DNA of 64,000 nucleotides from Nitrospirota bacterium. Its GTDB lineage: Bacteria; Nitrospirota; Thermodesulfovibrionia; Thermodesulfovibrionales; Dissulfurispiraceae. This document shows positions 1 to 10,810 of the stretch, in pieces (position 1 is the stretch's first letter; each line of letters starts with the position of its first letter). The notes below the pieces were generated by a model. That model was not told where the DNA came from and searched no databases. It saw nothing but the letters and a program-made list of their open reading frames with translations. The position numbers and the translations under genes are program-made. Location: assembly GCA_963790025.1 (NCBI GenBank), contig CAWBMP010000004.1, positions 1,280,001-1,344,000 on the forward strand, given 5' to 3'.

Positions 1-35
1 CGCCTCAATCTGCGTTTTATTACCAGCTTCCACAT
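1..35 (-). CDS. 5' end of the next gene of the LPS cluster (runs off window)
   Basis: ATG at 35 preceded by GGAGAG; reads MWKLVIKRRLR, open to window edge. Confidence 0.4.
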   Translation of the reverse strand, partial: MWKLVIKRRLR

Positions 36-48
36 AGGCTCTCCATTT

Positions 49-615
49 TCAGCGCGTGCTTATTATCCGTGCCGGGACACCTGCCAGAACAGAATACGGC
101 CCACATGATTTGGTAACTACACTCCCGGCGCCTACTACAGAACCTTTTCCTATAATGACCCCCGCTAGAATTACCGCGCTGGCGCCTATCCAGACATCGT
201 CTTCGATTGTGACTTTCCCGTATATCCATTCCTGTTTTTTGATTAACTGTTCTCTGTCCTTAAAGGAGTGCTGGTAAGAAATAATGTGTACATTCGGTCC
301 AATCAAGACATTTTCACCTATCTCGACCTCGCCAGTGCCGGTAATAACACTAAAATTATTAATTTCGGTGCCTCCGCCTATCTTTACCCCGCCACGCGAA
401 CCGTTTATGTATGCATAACGGTTTAATGTGACGTTGTCGCCAATGATCACCATACCGGTGGAACTGGCGTCAATTGAACTATTCGACAGCACTTTCACGC
501 CTCTTCCCATTCTTATGTTGACAGGTTTCTTAATGTAACAGCTGAGTGAAACCTTGCTGTTGCTTTTTAATTTGCTTTTAATAACAAATAATATTTTATC
601 GAGCAGTCTGAACAT
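49..615 (-). CDS. Hexapeptide-repeat (left-handed beta-helix) O-acyltransferase
   Basis: Repeated IGxNV hexapeptides; VTIEDDVWIGA...VGAGSVVTK...GVPAR C-terminus. Confidence 0.9.
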   Translation of the reverse strand: MFRLLDKILFVIKSKLKSNSKVSLSCYIKKPVNIRMGRGVKVLSNSSIDASSTGMVIIGDNVTLNRYAYINGSRGGVKIGGGTEINNFSVITGTGEVEIGENVLIGPNVHIISYQHSFKDREQLIKKQEWIYGKVTIEDDVWIGASAVILAGVIIGKGSVVGAGSVVTKSCGPYSVLAGVPARIISTR

Positions 616-1973
616 TATATTGCGCGTTCTTTATTTTCTGCCGGAGAGGCTTCATATGCTTCTTTCTCTTTGAGCATCAAGACATAAAGAAGGCCGGCAA
701 AAAACATAAACATTTCCAGCATATGATCTCTTATTATGCTGTCAACTACACTCCTCAGGGTAAAGTCGGCAGTAATAAAGCAAAGCAGGAGAGCATAATA
801 GCTTTTATTGTTCCGGAATTTTCTTATAGAGATAAACATCAGATTCATTATAAACAACGTCCACAACAGAAGGCCTGGAAAGCCCGTCCCGATTGCAAAA
901 TCCACAATTCCGCTATGGCTATGCGTAACGCGGGTCGCGTCGTCACCGTATTTTTCCTTTAATGCATGTCCAAAGGCACTGCGTCCGAACCCTACTCCCA
1001 GCGGATTTTCCCGAACCAGTATAACTCCCTCTTTGAACCAGGCAATTCGTTCATAGTTCGAACCGTGGACGGCCTCACCGCTTTTCAGTTTGGGATAAGG
1101 ATATTTGTCATGATTGAGCCAACCCTTGTTATTTCGGGTATCGAGTGCAAGGGGCAGGGTTTCAAGGAAGGTCTTCCACCGCTGATCGGACTCGAAACTT
1201 ACATAGCTAAAGAAAAGCAGCAGCACAACAACAAAAGACAACAGGGCAGATTTTTTAATGCCGGAACAGCTTTTTGAAAAATATAATATTGTAAAAGCAA
1301 ACAGGAGGAGGACGGCTATAACAGTGCCGTTCCTTACCGCTTCGAGATAAATGCTGAAAAGCGTGAGCAGTAAAGACAAAAAAAGGATGCTGTTACTGAC
1401 TTTGAGGTGTTCTTTCCCATGCCGGGCCCTGAAATAGATTTCGACGCAAAGTATCGTAAGCAGGAAATGTGAAAGATAGCTGCTCTTATCCATTCCAGGA
1501 GTCAGCCCCGCCACCCTCGAAGGTAAGACAGCGATCTTCGCATAGGTATAAATTGAGTACAGATCGACATACAGGATATGGAACAAAAGTATGAAAAAGA
1601 GCAGCGTCATAATATTCCGGCCCTTAAAAAATGTTTCTTCTTTCTTGGCCCCTGTTGCCCCTGTTGAAATTCCGGCAAGGGCAGCAGTAATAAAAACCAC
1701 GAGCGATACGAGCCACTGGCCCTCTATTTCCTTGAGAGACCATGCAGTTTCTTTTGAAATAAAGATCGCCTCTATAATGATCCATGCGGTAAGGATAGCA
1801 AGTATAACGAAAGGGGCAGTAAATTCCTTTGTCTTGAGGGAAAAAGGAGTCCTGTAGGCCGTGTGTCCGAATATAAAAAACAGTAAAAAAATGGAGATGT
1901 CTCTGACGGAAATCGCGCCAATCGGCCAGATAAAGAACAAAAGTCCCATAATCAGGAACCCGCAGACTTTCAT
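615..1973 (-). CDS. O-antigen ligase (WaaL/Wzy_C family) membrane protein
   Basis: Many TM segments; RNG motif, ERIAWF...PLGVGFG, HSHSG; LPS cluster next to msbA. Confidence 0.75.
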   Translation of the reverse strand: MKVCGFLIMGLLFFIWPIGAISVRDISIFLLFFIFGHTAYRTPFSLKTKEFTAPFVILAILTAWIIIEAIFISKETAWSLKEIEGQWLVSLVVFITAALAGISTGATGAKKEETFFKGRNIMTLLFFILLFHILYVDLYSIYTYAKIAVLPSRVAGLTPGMDKSSYLSHFLLTILCVEIYFRARHGKEHLKVSNSILFLSLLLTLFSIYLEAVRNGTVIAVLLLFAFTILYFSKSCSGIKKSALLSFVVVLLLFFSYVSFESDQRWKTFLETLPLALDTRNNKGWLNHDKYPYPKLKSGEAVHGSNYERIAWFKEGVILVRENPLGVGFGRSAFGHALKEKYGDDATRVTHSHSGIVDFAIGTGFPGLLLWTLFIMNLMFISIRKFRNNKSYYALLLCFITADFTLRSVVDSIIRDHMLEMFMFFAGLLYVLMLKEKEAYEASPAENKERAI

Positions 1974-3742
1974 TACACTTCCGCACTCATGAACTGCATG
2001 CTGTAAAGCTCCTGGTAAAGCCCGCCCTGTGCCAGCAGTTCTTCGTGAGTGCCTTCCTGTATGATCGTGCCGCCGCTTAAGACAGCAATCCTGGTCGCCT
2101 TCTGTACTGTCGAGAGCCGGTGAGCAATAACGATCGTTGTCCTGCCGGACATCAACTTTTCGAGGGCCTTTTGAACCTGATGTTCTGATTCGGTGTCAAG
2201 AGACGAGGTGGCCTCATCTAGTATCAGGATTGCGGGATTTCTTATTATCGCCCGGGCAATGGTAATCCTCTGTTTCTGTCCTCCCGATAACCTCACTCCC
2301 CGCTCACCGATCATCGTCTCGTAGGTATCAGGCAATTCCATAATAAATTCGTGGGCAAAGGCCGCCTTCGCGGCCTCAACCACTTCTTCTTCTGTCGCAT
2401 CCGGCCGGCCGAAGAGTATATTTGCCTTTACCGTATCGTCGAACAGGACAATGTCCTGCGTCACTGAGCCGATGTGCTTCCTGAGTGATTGGAGGGATAG
2501 GGTCCGTATATCCTTGCCATCGATATAAATGGTCCCGCCTGTCGGGTACCAGAACCCGGCAACAAGGTCGACGAGGGTGCTCTTTCCGGCGCCGCTGTAT
2601 CCCACGAGGGCGACAATCTCGCCGCGCCTGACCGACAGATTGACACCGTGCAGCGCATCGTATCCGGAGACAGGATATCTGAAGGAGACATTATCGAAAA
2701 CAACGTCTCCCTTTACCGTTATATCATCACCGCCCTGCTTTTCAGGCTCTACCGAAATGATCTCCCTGACCCTCTCAATTGCAGTGCGGCCCTGCTGAAA
2801 ATTATTATGAACGCGGCTCAGGCGCTTCAGAGGCGTAAACATCAGCCCTACGGCGGCAAGAAACGAAACGAAGTCGCCCGGAGTAATTTTATCCGAAAGG
2901 ACCAGGTTGAAACCGTAAAACATAATAACAGCAATCCCGACCCCGCCTAACGACTCGGCAATGATGTAAGATGCCTCACTAATTCGTGTCTCCCTCATAC
3001 AGTTTCGATAAAAATCACCGAGTGCATGCTCGTTCATGGCCTTCAACTCCCGCTCCATGGTGAAGGCCTTGATTATTTTTATGCCTTGAAGGGTTTCGCT
3101 AAGAATAGTCGTCATTCTGGCGTAGATCAAGCGCGTCGTCATGCTCGCTTTTCGCATCCTCGAACCGAGTGCACCTATGCTGTAAACGATCAGCGGGACC
3201 ACGACAAAAGAGAGGAGGGCGAGGTCCCATTTCCGTGAAATTGCTACGCCTGCAAGTACCACAACGGTGCAGATCTCGACAATGAAGTCTTTTATAGTAC
3301 TCATAGCACCCTGGAGCAGGCCTATATCATTGAGAAGCTTGGAAACTATAACGCCGCTCGAGGTCCGGGTATGATAGCCGATGGACAAGGAAAGCAGCTT
3401 GTCATAAACTTCCTTCCTGAGGGTCCGCACGATCTTTGCGCCGATCGATGACATGAGATAGTTGTTGCAGAAAGTGACTACGCCTCTAACCGAGAAAAGG
3501 ACTATAACACCGATGGGCAGAATTAAAAGGTATTCAGCCTTTTTCATGATCAAAATGTCATCGACCGCGGATTTTGTGCTCCACGCAATTGCGCCGTTTA
3601 TGCCCGAAACGATGAGGCTGCATATTACTGCCGCAGCCAGCCTTGCGATATGAGGTCTGGACAATAGCCATAAAATGACGATATCGTCCTTCCCGCTGCC
3701 GGAGGGGTGGCTCCCGAAAATCTTCTCGATAGACATAGGCAT
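1973..3742 (-). CDS. msbA: Lipid A export ABC transporter, fused permease/ATPase
   Basis: TM domain plus Walker A GYSGAGKS, LSGGQKQR, ILILDEATSSLD; LPS context. Confidence 0.85.
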   Translation of the reverse strand: MPMSIEKIFGSHPSGSGKDDIVILWLLSRPHIARLAAAVICSLIVSGINGAIAWSTKSAVDDILIMKKAEYLLILPIGVIVLFSVRGVVTFCNNYLMSSIGAKIVRTLRKEVYDKLLSLSIGYHTRTSSGVIVSKLLNDIGLLQGAMSTIKDFIVEICTVVVLAGVAISRKWDLALLSFVVVPLIVYSIGALGSRMRKASMTTRLIYARMTTILSETLQGIKIIKAFTMERELKAMNEHALGDFYRNCMRETRISEASYIIAESLGGVGIAVIMFYGFNLVLSDKITPGDFVSFLAAVGLMFTPLKRLSRVHNNFQQGRTAIERVREIISVEPEKQGGDDITVKGDVVFDNVSFRYPVSGYDALHGVNLSVRRGEIVALVGYSGAGKSTLVDLVAGFWYPTGGTIYIDGKDIRTLSLQSLRKHIGSVTQDIVLFDDTVKANILFGRPDATEEEVVEAAKAAFAHEFIMELPDTYETMIGERGVRLSGGQKQRITIARAIIRNPAILILDEATSSLDTESEHQVQKALEKLMSGRTTIVIAHRLSTVQKATRIAVLSGGTIIQEGTHEELLAQGGLYQELYSMQFMSAEV

Positions 3743-3820
3743 AGATTAATTCAAATTCCTTTCATTAAGCGCAAAAGACAGTAATTATTATATACCACGT
3801 TGGACAGTCCGTGCCGCTTT

Positions 3821-4975
3821 TCAACTGCAAAGCCTGAAATAAAGCCTTTCCATCTTTGCCGCTGAAATCTTCCATTCGAAGTTGTCTACTATGAATTGGC
3901 GTGCATTACTCTTTATTGATTCATAACGTGAGCTGTGGTCTAATATGTCTCCTATCAATTGTATGCCGTCATCGGCACTTTCAGGTTTGTCAAGAAGAAA
4001 TCCTGTTGTGCCATGGGCGATCGACTCTTTAATCCCGCCGACATTTGAAGAAACCGTAATGCAGCCGCTTGCCATGGATTCCAGCATGACCATACCCTGC
4101 GGCTCTGAAAGAGAAGGCAACAGAGAGATATCGGTAATCTTGAAAATATTGGAGAGTTTCCGATGCGGCAAAGGAGGGACCTCCCTATATCGCTGCCCGA
4201 ACCGTGATGCCAACCCTGCCCTTAATTCCTTCCGGAAGACGTAACTCTTATCTCGTACCGCGTCTTCCGGTTCAGGTCCGGCAACGAGCACATAAAGATT
4301 CTCATATCTCGGCAGTAAAATGTTTGCAGTCTGCAAAAAAGTGTGGAAGCCTTTGACCTCCTGCAATCTTCCGACAAAGGATAAAACAACGCTGCCTGCA
4401 GGAATGCCCAATGTCTCTTTCAAGAGGTCTTTCTCACGTGTAGTCGCAGGCGCAAACAACGCACTGTCCACGCCGTTGCGGATGACCGCTATTTTGTCGG
4501 CCGGATAGTTTCTTTCGATCAATCTCTCTTTGACGTAGTCTGAAACGGCCGTGTAACAGTCTGCCACACCTCTTTTCGGATTAAAAGTTCTGTTAGTTAC
4601 GTGGGAGTGGACAACTATGGGCATTTTCAGACGCACGCTGCGCAGGAAATCATTAACGGGAAACTCCAATTGATGTGCATGGAGAATATCAGGAAAAATC
4701 CGTGCTGCTATCTTCGCAGTCCGCACATGCAAGGGATATGGGTCCAGCCTGGAGATTTTCCGGAAAAGCCTCCTGTACAGCCTCCCTTCCTTTATCCTGT
4801 ATATAGCGCCGGTTTCAGGGTTGATCTCGAATGTCTCTTTGTAGTCTTCCCCGTTGCATATGATGGTTGCGGAGGTAAAGTGCAAATGCTTCGCCAGATT
4901 AAATGCTACTATCGCTGGAGAAGCGCCCCGCCGGTCAGGGACTGCGAAGTGAGGGACATAAATTATTACGTGCAC
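3821..4975 (-). CDS. Glycosyltransferase family 4
   Basis: NGVD, FVGRL..KG, EPQGMVMLESMASG (Ex7E). Confidence 0.9.
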   Translation of the reverse strand: MHVIIYVPHFAVPDRRGASPAIVAFNLAKHLHFTSATIICNGEDYKETFEINPETGAIYRIKEGRLYRRLFRKISRLDPYPLHVRTAKIAARIFPDILHAHQLEFPVNDFLRSVRLKMPIVVHSHVTNRTFNPKRGVADCYTAVSDYVKERLIERNYPADKIAVIRNGVDSALFAPATTREKDLLKETLGIPAGSVVLSFVGRLQEVKGFHTFLQTANILLPRYENLYVLVAGPEPEDAVRDKSYVFRKELRAGLASRFGQRYREVPPLPHRKLSNIFKITDISLLPSLSEPQGMVMLESMASGCITVSSNVGGIKESIAHGTTGFLLDKPESADDGIQLIGDILDHSSRYESIKSNARQFIVDNFEWKISAAKMERLYFRLCS

Positions 4976-5026
4976 AGCCTGTTGTCAACTCCTTTTGCCC
5001 CGCCCCATTCTGTAACAGAGGCGAAA

Positions 5027-6475
5027 CTATTTATCATATATTGAAGCAGGATATTCGCGAAAAAGCGAATAAGCAGCCCTCCTTATGATATTTTGGACAG
5101 GGGAATAAGACAGCAATCTCCTGGCAAAGCGGGATTTTACAATTAATTTTCTCATAATACTGAGGACTATATAGTGGACGCCTCCCCAACGATAGCAAGG
5201 CAATATTATATTCCCAAAGGAATCAGTTATTGAGCCTTTCTTAAACCTGGAGGGGATATTCTCCCAGGAGAAATCTTTATATTTTTGCCGGAACCAACGC
5301 TCCCAGTGGGTGCCGGGGAAAATGAACGTCTTAAGGCTGATTTGTATTTCCGGAGAGATATTTTTTGTGCGGGCCAGAAAAAGCAAAGAGTCTACAGCCC
5401 ACCCGAATTTTTCCTCCGGCATCCCGGCTATCATTGTTCCCCGGCTCTGAATCCCAAACTCCGGGGGCAAGGTCAGGGCCGCGTAATTGTTCCGGACCGT
5501 GGAATTTTTCCTGATTACCTTGAGCATCTCATCATTGCCCGATTCTATCCCGAAAGACAGGGTTGTGCACCCCGATTCCCGTAATATCGCAAGGTAATCC
5601 TTATCGATAATATTTGTTCTGGACCAGCAACCCCAGTTAATTTTTACCTTTCTTCCTATTATTTCCTCGCAGACGGAAATGGCGTGTTTTCTGTTTGCCG
5701 TAAAAGTATCATCGAAAAAAACAATGTTTTCAATAAATGGAAACTGCCGTATGATATCCTCGATTTCATCGACAATATTTCTTGCAGAACGAAATCTGAC
5801 CTTTCTCCAATATCGGGTAGTAGAACAAAACTTGCACGTATTTCCGCAGCCCCTGCTGGTTATCATAGTGGCCGTGTTTCCGGAAATTGTCCCGAATCCT
5901 ATGTCATAGTCTTTCATTGGGAACAAGTCACGGGCAGGGAATGATATAAGATCAAGGTCTTCAATCGCGTCGCGCAGCTTATTGACGATCACTCTGCCGG
6001 TTTTTTCCCGAAAGGCTATTCCCTTTACAGCGTCAGGGTCTCTTTCGCATGAAACGGCGTCCAAATAATCAACAACGGTTGTCTCTCCCTCACCGAGCAC
6101 AAGAACATCAACCGACGGATTTGTGCTCAAGTAACTTTCGGGAAGGAAGAAAGGGTGGGGGCCGCCTACCACTATCCTTGCATCTGGAAACCGCTTTTTC
6201 AGCTCTTCCGCCCAAAAAGCGAGGTTGATTCTATTGGTAGTAGTGCATGTCATTCCTATAATGCCGGGATTATAATCCGATAGTTCATTTATTAAGGACT
6301 GGTCGGCCTTCAGATAGTATTTCGACAGGCAATTCTTGCTTACGCTAAGATCGAATGCCTTCACCTCATTTCCTGCGTTTCGGATCGCCGACCCGATATA
6401 TGCCAGTCCGAGCGGTACTGTATATCCCTTTCCGGATATCCCGCTGTCAGGAATATTTATCAGTGCTGTTTTCAA
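5027..6475 (-). CDS. B12-binding radical SAM protein (class B methyltransferase-like)
   Basis: PLGLAYI, VVGGPHP, GEGE cobalamin-binding domain; SRGCGNTCKFC CxxxCxxC; FDDTF, GIESG. Confidence 0.9.
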   Translation of the reverse strand: MKTALINIPDSGISGKGYTVPLGLAYIGSAIRNAGNEVKAFDLSVSKNCLSKYYLKADQSLINELSDYNPGIIGMTCTTTNRINLAFWAEELKKRFPDARIVVGGPHPFFLPESYLSTNPSVDVLVLGEGETTVVDYLDAVSCERDPDAVKGIAFREKTGRVIVNKLRDAIEDLDLISFPARDLFPMKDYDIGFGTISGNTATMITSRGCGNTCKFCSTTRYWRKVRFRSARNIVDEIEDIIRQFPFIENIVFFDDTFTANRKHAISVCEEIIGRKVKINWGCWSRTNIIDKDYLAILRESGCTTLSFGIESGNDEMLKVIRKNSTVRNNYAALTLPPEFGIQSRGTMIAGMPEEKFGWAVDSLLFLARTKNISPEIQISLKTFIFPGTHWERWFRQKYKDFSWENIPSRFKKGSITDSFGNIILPCYRWGGVHYIVLSIMRKLIVKSRFARRLLSYSPVQNIIRRAAYSLFREYPASIYDK

Positions 6476-6503
6476 GATAAGTACCTTTTTCCAATAAAGA
6501 CAA

Positions 6504-7613
6504 TCAACTGCCTGATCGAGACATATTTCGATTTTGGGAATTGCCCTTCAGGATTAACTCATATTGCTCGATCAGGGCACGGGCTATATCGGCATATGAG
6601 TAGGTCGAGGTTATATGATTATAGCCATCTTCGGCAATTTTGTTTCGCTCAGCATCATTTCTTAAATAGTAAGAAAGTTTTTCTTCAAAATCATCGGGTC
6701 CGTTATAAACAATAACATGTTTCCCTGGGACTACTATCGTATCAATGTCCACAGAGTCATCCGTAAGAAGAGCTGCTTTGCAGGCAGGGACCTCTAAAAT
6801 CCTCATATTTACGCCGCTCCGCTTTTCAAACCCCCACTGCGTGATATTAAGCACTATTCTGCTTTCGTTATAGAGTTTTATAAGTTCCGCTCCTCTTAGC
6901 TGCTCGCCCTTTACAACCCGGCGCACGGCGCCGTTAGAGAGATTTTTCTTCATCCATTTAGGCCCGAAAACGGCCGCGTTGCCGGAAACCTTCACAGCCC
7001 TTTCGACAAACGCCTGGCGTGATGGAGTCCATTTTCCCACAAAACTCCAATCGTAGCGCTTGGCGCAGTCCAGCGGATAATAGAATTCGGTATCGACGGA
7101 ATGGCGCATTAAGCTTATATTGTTAAAACCCCTTTTTCTACCCTCTTCCACGCAGGATGGACTGAGAAAGAAATAGTGATCAAAGCGGCCGGCCTCTCTG
7201 AAGGGTTCTTCCATGCGCTCTTCTCCCTCCAGCCACCAGCCGAAGGCGACAGATTTTTTTCTGATCTCTTTCAAAACATCCTCTGTAAAACGCGGCACCC
7301 CAGCCATAAAAAAAAGATCAGGGGATATCTCGTTTACTTTCTCCATTAATTTGGAGCTGCGGTAATTAATGGCCGAAAGAGGGTGGTTGTCAAAAAAAGT
7401 CCGGCTCTTTGGCAGAACGCGCAAATTGTGGGCCTGTTTATTAATAAAATGTATCACATGACGATCGAACCAGTTATTAGTGTTCGAATTAAACCAATAA
7501 ACCTCCACACCTGAATTCTGAAATGCCCTTTTCAGGGAGTCTATAAAATGAAGGTTAAGGCTAAAATTATACCCGCAAGCCACTAAAATTCTTTTAAGCG
7601 CAACATCACTCAT
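6504..7613 (-). CDS. Glycosyltransferase, CgeB-like (Glyco_trans_1_2)
   Basis: SFVG, LNI...NMRILEVPAC...LLTD, IAEDGY motifs. Confidence 0.8.
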   Translation of the reverse strand: MSDVALKRILVACGYNFSLNLHFIDSLKRAFQNSGVEVYWFNSNTNNWFDRHVIHFINKQAHNLRVLPKSRTFFDNHPLSAINYRSSKLMEKVNEISPDLFFMAGVPRFTEDVLKEIRKKSVAFGWWLEGEERMEEPFREAGRFDHYFFLSPSCVEEGRKRGFNNISLMRHSVDTEFYYPLDCAKRYDWSFVGKWTPSRQAFVERAVKVSGNAAVFGPKWMKKNLSNGAVRRVVKGEQLRGAELIKLYNESRIVLNITQWGFEKRSGVNMRILEVPACKAALLTDDSVDIDTIVVPGKHVIVYNGPDDFEEKLSYYLRNDAERNKIAEDGYNHITSTYSYADIARALIEQYELILKGNSQNRNMSRSGS

Positions 7614-7645
7614 ATTATTATTTTGACTTCAATCCCCCATACCTG

Positions 7646-8752
7646 TCAAACGGACTCATTTCTTAAAAAGGAATACAGTTCTTCACCCAAAACTTTATAG
7701 TCCCTTTTTTCTTTTATGATACCCCTGCCTTTATTTCCCATTTCAATGAGCCTTTCCTTCGGCGTTTTCAGGATTGTGCGCACCGCTGTCTGAATATCTT
7801 CCCTTGTAAAGTTACAAAAAAAAGCGCTTTCTTTATCGAAAAGCGATATATATTCGGGCAAATAATTGATCAAAGCCGGAAGACCGACGCTGTAATATTC
7901 CAGCGTCTTTGTCGGAGAGGAAACCCGGTAAAGGCTGTTTTCAGGAATAAGGCCGATGCCAATATCATACTGCTGCATCTTTTTCAGGAGTTCTCCTCGT
8001 GGAACAGCAGGGTGGATTGTAATTTTCGGGTCCCCGCAATTTCGAATGCGTTTTGTCACTGCATTATCGCTCCGCGTAAATATATCTAATGCAAAATCCT
8101 CCTCCATTCCGGCAAAGGCACCTACTATCAGTTCCGTTTCGCGCAGATGGTCTACTGTTCCTGTATAGATAAATTTCCTGACCTTGTTGACTTCAAATGT
8201 ATAAGAAGGCGCGGCATCAAAAGAGACACCCATCGGGAGGGACAGATGTTTGATGTCCAGGTCAGAATAAAATTGGTCCTTAAATTCTTGTGACATGGTG
8301 ATAAGGAAATCGCATTTGCCCATGAGTTTCTTTTCAAAATAGGTCCTGAGTTTATATTCTATGGCCTTCCTGACTACTGCGCGCCCTTCTTTTTGTGCTT
8401 CAAACAGCCTTCTGTACGAGTGAGGAAAGGAGTGCCAGAAACCGACACGATAATTAAAGTTTCTTTTGTTCCTGAGCACATCTTTCAGCACGGGAAAAAG
8501 GTTTCTGACAATCACAGTGTCTGTTTGGTCCAACGCGATCAAACCGTTTAGCACTTTGGTCGGAGCATTCCTCTTATAGCGATAAGGGATATATATTTTG
8601 TTACCTTCGCGCCTGCAGGAAGCCGTCCGTGTAAAAAAAACTATGGAAACCTCGCACAACTCCTGAAGGCGCTTTCCAAAGATACCTTCAATGGAAGAGT
8701 GGTCGGAACCCTCAAATTGATCTGTTATGCATAAAATCTTCATAACACTCAT
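7646..8752 (-). CDS. Glycosyltransferase (GT-B fold)
   Basis: FIYTGT, SSPTKTLEYYSVGLP. Confidence 0.8.
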   Translation of the reverse strand: MSVMKILCITDQFEGSDHSSIEGIFGKRLQELCEVSIVFFTRTASCRREGNKIYIPYRYKRNAPTKVLNGLIALDQTDTVIVRNLFPVLKDVLRNKRNFNYRVGFWHSFPHSYRRLFEAQKEGRAVVRKAIEYKLRTYFEKKLMGKCDFLITMSQEFKDQFYSDLDIKHLSLPMGVSFDAAPSYTFEVNKVRKFIYTGTVDHLRETELIVGAFAGMEEDFALDIFTRSDNAVTKRIRNCGDPKITIHPAVPRGELLKKMQQYDIGIGLIPENSLYRVSSPTKTLEYYSVGLPALINYLPEYISLFDKESAFFCNFTREDIQTAVRTILKTPKERLIEMGNKGRGIIKEKRDYKVLGEELYSFLRNESV

Positions 8753-9815
8753 AGACCTCTTCGACCGATATCAGCCTCATGACCCTGTCGTCTCTCTTTT
8801 TTTTGGGTAAAGCCCCAATGTATTCCCCGCTCTTTTGAATAACAGTATGCAAATGCAAATCCTGATAAGGACCGGTAACTGCAAGATTAGTTGCCGAAAA
8901 AAGAGAAAGCGTCGGGGTCCGCAGGGCGACTGCAAGATGCATGGTCCCGGTATCTCCTGTAATAAGCAACCTTAATCGCTTTATCAAGTACGGCAACTCA
9001 CTTACAGTGAACAGCCCGCAACTGTTGATAATTCGTCCACTGCCGCATGCCTCAACAATCCGTTCTCCCAAAGAACGCTCCCGTGAAATGCCTGTAATAA
9101 CAATTTTGGAAGACTGGTTTGTTTCCAGGATTTTTCGGGCCAACTTTATGAAATTATCGATGGGCCACATTTTATAGACATTTGCAGCTCCGACCTGAAA
9201 TCCGATATAATCACCTCCAGCCGGAAGGAATTTATCCATTTTTTTCTCATTTTCGGCGTCTCTAATTGAAGGAATTTCCAAAGTAGTCTCGATGGCCTGC
9301 CCACCGATGACCCTTACAATATCCAGTCTGTCTTCAATGGTGTGCTGTTTTTTTTGTTCAAAAACCATCGACAGATACTCCCCGTGAGGATTTTTTGTTG
9401 GGTGCTTTAAGATGAAATTGGCCCCGCTCAGGACCGAGAAAGCGATATCCTGGGGACCATTGCCGTGAAATATAAGAACAGCCTCGGGTCTTTTATTTCT
9501 TATCGCCCGAAGAGTATCAAGGAATTTCTTATAACCGCCGTAATATAGAATGATGTCATCGACGTAAGGGTAGCCCCGAAACATGGGAGCAATATTTTTG
9601 TGAAGGAATAAAGTAATATTTGCTTGCGGAAATGATTTCCGGAGGCTTTTAATGGCAGGCGTTGAAAGGATAGTGTCTCCCAATGCAGTAGATGAGATTA
9701 CCAGGAAACGCTTTGGCGCGTTATTTATCTCGCCAATCTTCTTCAACTGGGTTGGATGTTTATCAACATATCGTTTTAGATAAATATCCAGTAATCTATG
9801 GAAATATCTGTCCAT
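8712..9815 (-). CDS. Glycosyltransferase family 9 (heptosyltransferase-like)
   Basis: ALGDTILSTPAI, K.WP, ITGDTGTMHLAVAL. Confidence 0.9.
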   Translation of the reverse strand: MDRYFHRLLDIYLKRYVDKHPTQLKKIGEINNAPKRFLVISSTALGDTILSTPAIKSLRKSFPQANITLFLHKNIAPMFRGYPYVDDIILYYGGYKKFLDTLRAIRNKRPEAVLIFHGNGPQDIAFSVLSGANFILKHPTKNPHGEYLSMVFEQKKQHTIEDRLDIVRVIGGQAIETTLEIPSIRDAENEKKMDKFLPAGGDYIGFQVGAANVYKMWPIDNFIKLARKILETNQSSKIVITGISRERSLGERIVEACGSGRIINSCGLFTVSELPYLIKRLRLLITGDTGTMHLAVALRTPTLSLFSATNLAVTGPYQDLHLHTVIQKSGEYIGALPKKKRDDRVMRLISVEEVYECYEDFMHNRSI

Positions 9816-9826
9816 CGGAATAGCTG

Positions 9827-10810
9827 TCAGAACTGCCCTTTCGATTCGCTGATATGCTTCTCCACGACTCTCTTCAGAGAGGAGAAATATTCATCCCGGT
9901 GAAGGTAGCCCTTAAAATGTGCTATATATGTGTCCCCCTCCCCGGTCTCAAAAGTAAGATCATCGTGCATGTAGAAATTGTTATAGGGTTCGCAAGGTAA
10001 AAGTTTGATGCTGATGGGGCCGGGACCACTTCCTATTCTGATGTCCCTTTCATACTCTTCAATTGCATGCTCATCCGCATCAAGCACTAACTGCGCCAGG
10101 GCAGTCTGGTCCATAGCAAAATCCCTGGTATTTAATATTTCTTCCACCCATAAATTAACAAATTTTCTGGAGCGCTCATTATTTTTGAAATATATAACTC
10201 CGGCATTTATCACTTTGAACGGGACCGGTCTGTCGGAGTGGATTCCCGGAACGTAGTCAATCACGATATCGTTTAATCGTCGCATCGTAAGTGCAACATC
10301 GAAGTCTTTCTCGAAAACTGCAGCGACACTGCGCCAGACTATGGCGTCCGCGTCTATAAAAACAACATTATTGCCGGTCCTCTCAAGACAGTCCCGGCAA
10401 ATAACGGTCCGCTGTGAGCATAGATTCATAAAATATTTTTTCTTCCGCACCTGTTTATCTTTGTCCAGCTCTCCCCAGGCTTCTTTTCTTATGCCCAACA
10501 ATTTGGAGCGCATCACCCGTGAGAGATGTTTGAGACGATCGGAAATGGTGTAGTTATGATTAAAATCCGAAAAACCCAAAGAATCCACCCATGTGTTCTT
10601 CAGCCACTTCGATCGGGGCCAATGAATCCAATCGCTGTTTTCATATAGCTTTGACATCCCCTGAAGTTCAGCAGATGGTTCAGGAGTCAGATCATATAAA
10701 AACACCTTAGCCCTGGGATGAAAATGTGCAAGGGTTGAAAGTCCCAGCGACAGGAATTTGGCATAAGCCTGGTCCAATACGATGAGAAAATCAGGTCCAT
10801 TTTGTGTCAT
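9827..10810 (-). CDS. GT-A nucleotide-diphospho-sugar transferase family protein
   Basis: FIDADA (DxD), INAGV, DQTAL, IAHFKG. Confidence 0.7.
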   Translation of the reverse strand: MTQNGPDFLIVLDQAYAKFLSLGLSTLAHFHPRAKVFLYDLTPEPSAELQGMSKLYENSDWIHWPRSKWLKNTWVDSLGFSDFNHNYTISDRLKHLSRVMRSKLLGIRKEAWGELDKDKQVRKKKYFMNLCSQRTVICRDCLERTGNNVVFIDADAIVWRSVAAVFEKDFDVALTMRRLNDIVIDYVPGIHSDRPVPFKVINAGVIYFKNNERSRKFVNLWVEEILNTRDFAMDQTALAQLVLDADEHAIEEYERDIRIGSGPGPISIKLLPCEPYNNFYMHDDLTFETGEGDTYIAHFKGYLHRDEYFSSLKRVVEKHISESKGQF